From assembly GCA_965263035.1 (NCBI GenBank), contig OZ253580.1, positions 2,080,001-2,144,000 on the forward strand: a DNA stretch of 64,000 bases. The letters run 5' to 3'. The translations under genes were made by a program, and so were the position numbers. The notes beneath the pieces are model-generated. The model saw only the letters and a program-made list of their open reading frames with translations, had not been told where the DNA came from and ran no database searches. The DNA comes from Acidobacteriota bacterium. GTDB taxonomy: Bacteria; Acidobacteriota; UBA6911; RPQK01; JAJDTT01. Positions 31,891 through 40,199 of this stretch are shown here, piece after piece. How positions within the stretch are numbered: position 1 is the first letter of the stretch; every line of letters begins with the position of its first letter.

Positions 31891-33074
31891 CAGGCTGCGT
31901 CCGGAACCTCACCGACGTAAGAAGCGGCCCAGCAAGCGAGACCATCCAGCGTCACGCGATCGCCGGTGTGATCGGGTACGGGTTCAATCATCGTAGCCAG
32001 TCTCCGGTCTTCGTGCGCGCCGTACATGCCGTCATAGCGCCGCAGGTAGTCACCGATCGCAGCGACTGTCTTCTCCTGCGCTTTCATTTTGCGAACCGGT
32101 TTCATGAACGCGTTTGCCAACGTGCGCGGTTGGTGTTCCCCGACTTCTCCCAGCACGAACTCGGCGCAAGCATAGGGAGCCGTCGCTCCCAGCTTTGCCC
32201 CCGGCGAGACGGTCGCGATCAGATGGATCAACCGGCGTAAAACCTCTGCTGCCAGCGCGCGGTCTTCCGACAGGTTGCTGACCAGCTGACGTAGATCAAC
32301 GACGACATAGGAGTAGAACAGGCCGCTGGTCAGCTCACTGGTATTGATATGGCCGGAACCGAGTTCGCCCTCGGCGGTGGCCAAGTCATCCAAAGCCGAG
32401 AAATAATCTGGTTCGGCCTCTTCGGCGTGTACGGTGAAGCTGTGAGCGACGTGCACGGCGGCATCGCTACGAGCCATCACGTCGGACGTCACCATTCGGC
32501 CGAAGAGCGAGGCATCCAACCCGGCGCCAAGACGCAGAGCCTTCAAGTTGTCGCGTTTCTTCCTGTCCTTGAAATAGGCAGCGACTGCCTTGGCCACGTC
32601 GTCAGCATCGCCTTGGGCAAGCTCCGTGGCCAAGGTAGTAAGAAAGGTGATTTCTGGTGGGCCCAGTACGATGACTTGCTCCGTATGCAAATCCGCAAGA
32701 AGATCTCCTCCTGTTTTGGCGGCCTGCTTGTCCTTGCGAGCCTGTTTGGCCTTGATGCTTTCGCCGAGTACGGCAGAGCGAATCGGCGTGAGGACGTTGA
32801 AGATCTGCTCTTCCGACAGGTGCTGTTTCTTTAGCCGGCCCGCAATCTCATCACTGAACACGCGCCGGGAGCGGACGGATCGGCCAGAGCCCAGATCCTG
32901 CAACGACCACTCACCCGTTGCCTCACGCCAGTGTCGCTTCAGGCACTGGGACGAGACACGGATGCGATCGCAACCGCCAAACGGCAGACGCTTAGCCCGA
33001 CCGATATCATCGCGGTTCAGGAGCGTAGCGGAATACCCGGTGAGGGTGTGAATTTGTAGGAAACGAGGGTTCAT
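31890..33074 (-). CDS. cas7: Cas7e/CasC backbone
   Basis: LNRDDIG, RVSSQCLKR, LFGRM, DYFSALDD, PRTLANAF. Confidence 0.96.
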   Translation of the reverse strand: MNPRFLQIHTLTGYSATLLNRDDIGRAKRLPFGGCDRIRVSSQCLKRHWREATGEWSLQDLGSGRSVRSRRVFSDEIAGRLKKQHLSEEQIFNVLTPIRSAVLGESIKAKQARKDKQAAKTGGDLLADLHTEQVIVLGPPEITFLTTLATELAQGDADDVAKAVAAYFKDRKKRDNLKALRLGAGLDASLFGRMVTSDVMARSDAAVHVAHSFTVHAEEAEPDYFSALDDLATAEGELGSGHINTSELTSGLFYSYVVVDLRQLVSNLSEDRALAAEVLRRLIHLIATVSPGAKLGATAPYACAEFVLGEVGEHQPRTLANAFMKPVRKMKAQEKTVAAIGDYLRRYDGMYGAHEDRRLATMIEPVPDHTGDRVTLDGLACWAASYVGEVPDAA

Positions 33075-33111
33075 GGTTGTTTCTGCTCCTTAGAAAATTT
33101 GAATCCGCGAA

Positions 33112-33684
33112 CTAGGATTGAGTGGCTTGAGCACGGAAATAGTCACGCGCCAGTTGGTGGATGGTGAATTCGGTTTGAATGCCCCTGTTCCGGGACTGAC
33201 CGAGCAACAGGCGAGCGGGCTGTACCCAGTTGGCCGCGCTGACGCCTTTTCGAGCGAGCCAGACTCCTGCGGTGCGTACCTCACGAGCCAGGTTCTCGCC
33301 TTCAGCGCGCAGCAATCGAACGAAACGATCTTCGGAATAGCCTGATTCAGCCAGCGCGGTCCCGAACGGCCGGTCGAACGAATGCGGGTTCGGCGCCATC
33401 TGGACCATCGCGCGGATCAGGGCCGCCCAGGCCAAGTCGACGCGTCGGTCAGGTCGGCCCACTGGTTCGCGCCACTCCGGCGGCACAACATCATTGGTCA
33501 AGTAGAGCCTCCAAAACGCCGGCGGCAACTCGCCACGCGAGATACGGCGAAGCTCGGCCAACTCTCCGGGGCCGATCCTGTCGGCATTCAAACGGTACGA
33601 AATAGTGGCGATCACTTGGCCTAAGCGCCGCGGCTCGGCCGGGTCATTTGAGATTGGCTTTCCAGCCACAACTTCCGTGCTCAC
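33112..33684 (-). CDS. cas11: Cas11/CasB (Cse2) small subunit
   Basis: LAELRR, SEDRFVRLL, LARDYF; position in operon. Confidence 0.88.
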   Translation of the reverse strand: MSTEVVAGKPISNDPAEPRRLGQVIATISYRLNADRIGPGELAELRRISRGELPPAFWRLYLTNDVVPPEWREPVGRPDRRVDLAWAALIRAMVQMAPNPHSFDRPFGTALAESGYSEDRFVRLLRAEGENLAREVRTAGVWLARKGVSAANWVQPARLLLGQSRNRGIQTEFTIHQLARDYFRAQATQS

Positions 33685-35249
33685 GAGGATCTCTCCTTCG
33701 AGTGTTGAGTGGGAAAGGCATCGGGCAGGTGCTTGCGCAAGCCACCGTACAGTACTGCTTCAGACTTGGCGCGAGCCTTCTCTCGCCGCGCACTGGGTGG
33801 CGACGTGCGGCTCCAAACCGCGTTCGCCAGCCTGACGGCTTCCTCCCGCAGAAATTGCTGCCAGCGACGGCTGGTTTCGTCGATGCCTTCGGTCGGCGCG
33901 GCGAACAGGGAATCGAAAAATCGCACGTCAATCGCACGATCGTATTTCGCCACGATCGGTGTGGCATCTCGTCTTTGGAAGTTGGGGTTTTCCGGGCCTT
34001 GCAGGTAGACAAGCACGGCCTGCCGCAGCACCCGTCGCGCCTCGCCGGCCAGGGAAACCATATTCTCCGAAAGTTTGGCCAACGGAAGCTTATTGTCCCA
34101 GTCATCTTCGTCGTCAGAGTCAAATAGCCTGACTGCCACCGAATACGACAGCGGGATGACACGTTCATGCAACCCTTCCGTTTTTCCCTGGCCTCGCACC
34201 AGCACCGTCATATGGATCTCAGAATCCTGTCCTCTCTCGCCAGGTAACTCCCTCAAAGACAGTGGTTTTGTCAACTCCCTGCGGTTGAACAAGATGCGTT
34301 GTGCCAAGCGGTAATCGAAGCCATTCGCGCTGACGGTAAGTGATGATTGGCCACCTTTCCCAAGATTGATCGGCACCCACGGGTCGCCCAAATTCCCTTT
34401 CAACGCCCGGGCCTGCACGCGGGTCTTGTTGGCAGGGAGCCCGAGCGCTCGAATACGCCCCTCCGGTCCGGTCGTCAGTCGCACTCGGCGACAGACTTCG
34501 ATGAAGTACGGATCTAGGTCACGCAGATTGAGTTGGACATCCGTATCCCAGTTCTGAAGCCAAGTGATCGCCAAACCCCCATCGGATCGGAAGAGGTCAT
34601 CGCTGACCCTCTCAAGCAGCTCCGAACGACGATTGAGGAGCATGCGTATGGATCGCACGATCCGCGGTCCCCATCGCGCGCTCGGCCGCCGATCGACGAG
34701 GACACGACTGGCTAGGCCTCCGTTCATTCGGGCAATGCCGGGATTTCGACGGCCGGAGTAGCCTTGGCTGGTTTGGAGTGTGACCAACGCGTAAAGCCAG
34801 GAGTGTGGTGCGGCGGCCGTTGCCTGAGCCTGTTTGCGGTCGTGGTTTTTGGCCGTCACCAGTACGTCGAGCGCGTCCGGTGTCTCTGCGACGAGCTTGA
34901 ATTGGTCGACCCTCTTCGTTGGCGGCTGAAGCAATGCTGGCTTGGACGCGTTCGCGGCCACCAGACTCCAAGCGGTGTCCGCACATTCGGGAGTCAACTC
35001 GGCCAGCGATGCCCGCCAGTCCTTCGAGGCACCGGGCAGATCTGTTCGGCCTACACGATGCAAAGCAATCGCGCCGAGCTGCGCCAGGAACTGATACCAG
35101 GCTTGCGCTTGGTGCGCGGTCAATCCGGGGAACGCGTCGACGGAATCGCTCACGAGTCGACCGAACAGCTCAGGCAACGTCACCGGGTCCGGTTCCCGCT
35201 TTCCATTGGACACAACTGGCACGAGTGCTTCGGTTAGTAAATCAAACAC
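33681..35249 (-). CDS. cas8e: Cas8e/CasA (Cse1) large subunit
   Basis: MFDLLTEALVP, LVTLQT..GYSG, FIEVCRRVRL, DPW, RGQGKT. Confidence 0.88.
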   Translation of the reverse strand: MFDLLTEALVPVVSNGKREPDPVTLPELFGRLVSDSVDAFPGLTAHQAQAWYQFLAQLGAIALHRVGRTDLPGASKDWRASLAELTPECADTAWSLVAANASKPALLQPPTKRVDQFKLVAETPDALDVLVTAKNHDRKQAQATAAAPHSWLYALVTLQTSQGYSGRRNPGIARMNGGLASRVLVDRRPSARWGPRIVRSIRMLLNRRSELLERVSDDLFRSDGGLAITWLQNWDTDVQLNLRDLDPYFIEVCRRVRLTTGPEGRIRALGLPANKTRVQARALKGNLGDPWVPINLGKGGQSSLTVSANGFDYRLAQRILFNRRELTKPLSLRELPGERGQDSEIHMTVLVRGQGKTEGLHERVIPLSYSVAVRLFDSDDEDDWDNKLPLAKLSENMVSLAGEARRVLRQAVLVYLQGPENPNFQRRDATPIVAKYDRAIDVRFFDSLFAAPTEGIDETSRRWQQFLREEAVRLANAVWSRTSPPSARREKARAKSEAVLYGGLRKHLPDAFPTQHSKERSS

Positions 35250-35338
35250 CGCTTATGTTTTCTCCTTGTTTCCCCATCTGCGACGCCCCCTCCAATGGGC
35301 GGACCTTTGATGCTCGTTCGCGAAGCTCACCTGACCTC

Positions 35339-35416
35339 GCGACCCCCGCATCTGCGGGGATGGACCCGCTGCCTGCTACGCGGTGCAAGCTTCCCCGTAT
35401 TGACGGGGACTAGGAA
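35339..35416 (+). ncRNA. Putative CRISPR-like mini-array (repeat - short spacer - degenerate repeat)
   Basis: R1 22/28 identical to the array repeat with intact stem and handle; ~21-nt spacer; R2 hairpin CCCCGT-ATTG-ACGGGG. Confidence 0.65.
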
Positions 35417-35436
35417 CAGCGGTGCTGTACCAACTC

Positions 35437-38055
35437 CTAATCACTTACGCGAACGAGCCCGAAGCGGTCGTACCGAAAATCATGCGATCCGAAGCGAAAT
35501 CGGATCGTATGCGAGCGGACATCAACGACCTCCACCTCTCCATCCTCTGTCGTCTCGCCGACCATCCAACCCGGTATGCTCAACGTACGCACCAACTGGC
35601 CGAAGGGGCCGAGGAGGGGTTCGGGCAGTTTCACGCGGTGGTCCTTGAGACCAAGACGCGTTTCGGCACGCTGATCCGAAACCGGCTGGTTATCGATCAG
35701 CGGTTCTTCCCAGCGGATTGCGACAGTATTGGCTCCCTGTCCCTCGGCCAACCTCTGGCCTTCCACGGATTGTAGATGTGTCGGCCAGATGCTGCCGAGC
35801 CGTTCGGCGTGGGCGTACAAGGCGGCATAATGAGTGGCAGTTTCAACGACCGCCCGGTTGTCGGCCGGAATGTGGATCTTTCCTCGAGCAACCAACCAGT
35901 CGCGGACGGCCAGAACACCAACGATGTTTTCGTAAACGCTGCCCAAGCCCAGCAATGTGCGCCCGCGCGGACTGCCAGTGCGCGAGTTCAAGGTGCCGGC
36001 AAGTTGCGCGGCCGTCGGCGCCAGCACAGTAATCCTCGCGTCTTCGAAACCAATCGGTCTGGGACGCTGGTGGCGGTGCAGACGACCGATGCGCTGTAGC
36101 AATACGTCGCCTGGTGCAATGTCGGTCACCAACCAATCCGCGCATATGTCGAGCGACTGCTCGGCCGTCTGTGTGGTTACTGCCACGACGCCGGATCGCT
36201 CTCCCTTGGGGAACGCGTTTTCCAGCGCATTATCAAGCAGTCGCCGGTCCTCTGGAGCGAATCGTCCGTGGTGCGGCGCAATCGTGCCCTCACAGCGCAA
36301 CAGACGAGTATTCCTCTCCTCCAGGCGTCGCACTGTCTCCTGCGCGTCGTCAACCCGGTTGCGAATGAACAGTACCGCCGCTCCCGCGGCCGCGGCGGCT
36401 TTGAGATGATCCAGCAGGACCGGGAAGTCAGATTCCGGATCGATCAACTCCACCACAACACTCTTTTCGCGTCCATCGCGGACCACCGACCGGAGAGGTT
36501 CGTCCGTGCGCTGCAACGAGGGATAGTGCAGCGCCGAAGCGTCCGAGACTCCGGGAACCGTGTGGGCCTCGATACGGCCAGCCAATAGACGCATCCGAGC
36601 TTGCGATCCCAGCGTTGCCGACATCAACAACGCATGCCCTCCGGACTTCGTGTGCTGGTTGAGCACGTTGCGCAACAGTGTCGTCATATAAGCGTCGGAG
36701 GCATGCACCTCGTCTATGCACAGCAGGAGGCGCAACATCGGGCCGGAGCGGAACGGAGCATGTCGCACGCGCAGTCCGCCCATCAAAACTTGATCGACGG
36801 TGCCCACCATCACCGCGCCGGAAAGATAACGCTTGGCGTTCTCCACCGCCCAAGTACGATCTCGGTCGGTTTCATCTGGCCAAAGAACGTCGTACGTGTC
36901 GGGCAGGGGCTGGCCTTCGTCCTCATCTACTCGAAGGTAGCCGGGCACCGCCAAACCTACTGGCGGAGTAGCTTCCCCGAACCAGCGCCGGAGCATGGCC
37001 CGGATGCGGCCGTGAATCTGAATAGCCGCTGCCCGGGTCGGTAGTGCGAAATAGAGGCCGTCGACCTGACCGGACTGGAATAGGCGCAGGAAGTGGATGA
37101 GTGCAGCCTCGGTTTTTCCGGAACCCGTTTCAGCCTCCAGTATTGTCGTTTGTCCCGGTTCGGGTAATGGCATGCTCAGCAACGCCTCTTGCGCGGGCCT
37201 GGGCCTGGTCAGGTCCGGGAAGAGTATCTTGAACTCCGCGACGAGTCCCCTAGCCGCATTTCGCGCGCGAGTCGGATCCAGCCACCGCCGCTTGATCAGA
37301 TCTGCTGCCTGCTGGCGGGCCCAAGGAATGCGAGCCTCCCCGGAAGGAATCGTTTTGTCCGGGCACAAGAACACCGTGGGGTCCGATCCAAGCCAGTCCG
37401 CGAGCGTGATCATGCCAGCGAGCGCATGCAGGAAGCGGGGGCTGTCCGGGAGCGTTTCATCGGGCTCGTCAGCGAATGCCTCCGAGAACATGTTCGTCAT
37501 GATCTGCGCAAGTTCAGAAAGAGCAACAAGCGGGTCGTATCCGTCGCGCTGCTGCCAGAGACTCGGGTCGGGCCGGGTCGACAGGTTGGCGGGGAGGCTT
37601 CCATGGTGGGCAAGCACCGCATTCCAAATCTCGACTTCCGCCTCCCAGTCCACATTCCAACGACGCCAAAGTGAAGCAGTGAGGGATTTACGCACCCGCT
37701 TGCGGAGCAAATAATGGCTACTGTGGACAGGGGAACCGCATAAGACGGACCATACTGGCTGGATGTGTCCACAGTCCGGCTTCCGGCGTTGCAAGCGCGC
37801 CTGGAAGCCGTGATTTGCCTTGCCCACATCATGGAGTCCGATGAAGAATCCGAGACGAGCGACATCGACATCCGAGAGATCGCGCTTGGCGAGTGCGCCG
37901 AGACGCGACGCCACCGTGGGCAATCGAAACAGTGTTTCGGCGACTGCGGCGACGTCGATCGAATGATCGACAAGACTGAGCCACCCGGACCGGGATTTTG
38001 CCCAGGCCCGTCCTGCTTTCTCCAATTCTGCCACTGCGTTGATCTCTGGCGCCAT
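35437..38055 (-). CDS. cas3: Cas3 HD nuclease-helicase
   Basis: HSIDV, LHDVGK, AHHG, LADWLGS, ETGSGKT, DEVH, SAT, QRIGRLHRH. Confidence 0.97.
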   Translation of the reverse strand: MAPEINAVAELEKAGRAWAKSRSGWLSLVDHSIDVAAVAETLFRLPTVASRLGALAKRDLSDVDVARLGFFIGLHDVGKANHGFQARLQRRKPDCGHIQPVWSVLCGSPVHSSHYLLRKRVRKSLTASLWRRWNVDWEAEVEIWNAVLAHHGSLPANLSTRPDPSLWQQRDGYDPLVALSELAQIMTNMFSEAFADEPDETLPDSPRFLHALAGMITLADWLGSDPTVFLCPDKTIPSGEARIPWARQQAADLIKRRWLDPTRARNAARGLVAEFKILFPDLTRPRPAQEALLSMPLPEPGQTTILEAETGSGKTEAALIHFLRLFQSGQVDGLYFALPTRAAAIQIHGRIRAMLRRWFGEATPPVGLAVPGYLRVDEDEGQPLPDTYDVLWPDETDRDRTWAVENAKRYLSGAVMVGTVDQVLMGGLRVRHAPFRSGPMLRLLLCIDEVHASDAYMTTLLRNVLNQHTKSGGHALLMSATLGSQARMRLLAGRIEAHTVPGVSDASALHYPSLQRTDEPLRSVVRDGREKSVVVELIDPESDFPVLLDHLKAAAAAGAAVLFIRNRVDDAQETVRRLEERNTRLLRCEGTIAPHHGRFAPEDRRLLDNALENAFPKGERSGVVAVTTQTAEQSLDICADWLVTDIAPGDVLLQRIGRLHRHQRPRPIGFEDARITVLAPTAAQLAGTLNSRTGSPRGRTLLGLGSVYENIVGVLAVRDWLVARGKIHIPADNRAVVETATHYAALYAHAERLGSIWPTHLQSVEGQRLAEGQGANTVAIRWEEPLIDNQPVSDQRAETRLGLKDHRVKLPEPLLGPFGQLVRTLSIPGWMVGETTEDGEVEVVDVRSHTIRFRFGSHDFRYDRFGLVRVSD

Positions 38056-38111
38056 CGTCGAATCTCAGCACGTTCTGTGCCGAGGTTCTATAAACTTGAG
38101 AGAGGCTTAAA

Positions 38112-38139
38112 GGGCACGATAAAGGATATTATACAACCT
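38112..38139. other. dif-like 11-6-11 site B upstream of cas3
   Basis: GGGCACGATAA AGGATA TTATACAACCT; shares ACGATAAAGGATATTATAC with the reverse complement of site A. Confidence 0.6.
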
Positions 38140-38512
38140 TATTTCTGGCCTAGATCTGGAACCGGAGGCCAGGATCCCGAGTTCAAGCTGATGGTTTGAT
38201 CCACCTAGTTGACAGCCCTGAAGGCCCTGCATCCAGCCGGGAAATCCGGGCATGGTCGACGATCGGCGGCTGGCGCTGAACACCCTGTCTTGAGTCCCTG
38301 GAGCCGTCTCGAACTCCGGATCCGCGCCGGTGAGGGACGTCCGCGGCGGTCTTGAGGCCGATGCCTTTCCCTGATGCTGCTAGCTGGAGGCCCAGTGCCG
38401 TCAAGAAGCCATGAGCCAGCATCAAGCTTCGGATGCGGTACGTGGCAGCGGCGTCCGGCGGCCTCGTAGTAACAATATCGGGAGGAATTTACGACTATTA
38501 CTAGTTTGTGGT

Positions 38513-38743
38513 TCAGAGAACTGAGCTACCTGCTTCGGCTCTGCTCCGTCCCTCGCCTGTTGCGACTGGTCTGGACTCAAGCCATTCGTCGATATCGGAC
38601 CTAAGCCAGCCAACGGCACGACTCCCGAGTTGAAAGGAAGACGGGAACTTACCCTGTTTTTGGAGTCGCCAAATTGTGGCTCGGCTGAGCCCGACTACTT
38701 GACAGACTTGATTTGCTCGGAGGATTTGCGGTTGGACGTTCAT
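38513..38743 (-). CDS. alpA: AlpA-family regulator / excisionase
   Basis: ILRANQV...GLSRATIWR..GKFP..LGSRAVGW. Confidence 0.9.
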   Translation of the reverse strand: MNVQPQILRANQVCQVVGLSRATIWRLQKQGKFPSSFQLGSRAVGWLRSDIDEWLESRPVATGEGRSRAEAGSSVL

Positions 38744-38923
38744 TCAAGGACTCCTTTCGTCGAAGCCATCTCCTTCGCAAATGGATGGCTTGCGTCGAGT
38801 TCTAGAGTCCTATCAAATGTCCGACCCTATCTGAGATCAGACACTAGAACCTGTAAACTTATCTTGTAACCTAAGCTTCGTAACCTTGTTACCTTCCATT
38901 TTCTCATACTTCTAAATGCGGTG

Positions 38924-40075
38924 TCAAGCGATATAATTCGCCCAGTGCCCCATCAATTCGCGTCGCCGCGCGAACATATCAGATCGAAAATAGGCGCCTT
39001 CAACACCCTTGACGGTGTGCGCCAGACAAGCTTCTGCGACTTCCCGCGCTGCCCCGGTGTCGCCACACCAATCTCGGAAACTGGACCGGAAGCCATGCGG
39101 CACCGCCGGGATGCCGTTTTCTCTGATGAGCTTGGAAATCGTCGAATCGCTCAACGTCCGCCCGCTCGGACTCGGAAACACCAGCCCGGAACCGTCCGCG
39201 AATTTCAACACCTCGTTAAGCACTTCGAGAGCCCGTTTCGACAACGGCACCCGGTGCTCCCGCCGGGTCTTCATGCGCTTGCCCGGTATGGTCCAAGTCG
39301 GTTTCGAAAGGTCCACTTCCTTCCACCGAGCGCCCCGAACCTCACCGGAGCGACAAGCCGTTAGCACAATGAACTCAAACGCAAGCACCGTGGCCCGGTA
39401 GGCACCCGACTGTCGAACTTTCTTAATCGCGGCCCCGACTTCACCATGCGGGAGGGCCCTATGGTGCTGGCGGCGAACACCGTTTTTCGGGAGAGCCGCC
39501 CCGATGACTTCTCCGGCCGGATTGTCTTGACGGTAGTTCTGGGCCACCGCCCATTTCATGACGGCGCCGATGCGTTGCCGCACCCGTCGAGCCGTCTCCC
39601 GCTTCTCGTTCCAGATTGGAAGGAGCACGGCCAGCACGTCAGCCGTCGTTATCTTGTCCACGCGCTTGCGCCCCAGTATCGGCATGGCGTAGTCACGGAG
39701 ACTCGCCCGCCATTGCGCCTCAGATTTGCCGCCGGGCCGCCACGTCGCCGCATGAATTCGGATGACCTTATCGGCGGCTTTCTCAAACGTCGGAATGCCG
39801 CCGCCGCGCGGGTCGCGTCCTTGGTGGACGGCCCGGCGGTTAACCAGCGCCGCGTTGCGAGCCTCGGCCAGCGTGACCACTGGATAGATGCCAAGGCCAA
39901 TGTTGAATGGCTTGCCGTTCATTCTGAGCCGCTGCGACCATGTTTTGGAGAGTCGCCCGGATGCGGTAGGCTTGACCAAGATGCTCAAACCATGCCCACC
40001 GCGCCCGTCTCCATACCGGCCCGGTCGGTTGATGGATCTAACGAAAGATGCCGAAAGTTGCTTGGGACGTTTCAT
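38924..40075 (-). CDS. P4-type tyrosine integrase
   Basis: Arm-binding domain (GRYGDG..GL, LGIYP.VTLAEAR); LTACRSGE, MK, HGFRSSF, LAH, AYFRS. Confidence 0.95.
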   Translation of the reverse strand: MKRPKQLSASFVRSINRPGRYGDGRGGHGLSILVKPTASGRLSKTWSQRLRMNGKPFNIGLGIYPVVTLAEARNAALVNRRAVHQGRDPRGGGIPTFEKAADKVIRIHAATWRPGGKSEAQWRASLRDYAMPILGRKRVDKITTADVLAVLLPIWNEKRETARRVRQRIGAVMKWAVAQNYRQDNPAGEVIGAALPKNGVRRQHHRALPHGEVGAAIKKVRQSGAYRATVLAFEFIVLTACRSGEVRGARWKEVDLSKPTWTIPGKRMKTRREHRVPLSKRALEVLNEVLKFADGSGLVFPSPSGRTLSDSTISKLIRENGIPAVPHGFRSSFRDWCGDTGAAREVAEACLAHTVKGVEGAYFRSDMFARRRELMGHWANYIA

Positions 40076-40199
40076 TTCGATATTATCTCCATTATCACTA
40101 TATTGGAGAGATTACACGAAACGGAGTGAAACGTCAATGGACATCAAAGATTTGATTATAAAAGAGTTAGGTGGACTTTCTGAGACGAATAGAAACTGA

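Noticed and set aside
37305-37313. 9-10 nt match of the mini-array spacer inside cas3 (and 7 nt near 38445)
   Set aside because: Too short, no convincing PAM and not in an evident promoter.
38258-38278. Partial match of the 17539 spacer-like sequence upstream of cas3
   Set aside because: About 12/15 informative positions with seed-proximal mismatches; roughly one such hit is expected by chance in 64 kb.
38183-38425. Possible IS701-like transposase tail (MLAHGFL)
   Set aside because: Only a few residues of similarity; insufficient evidence.
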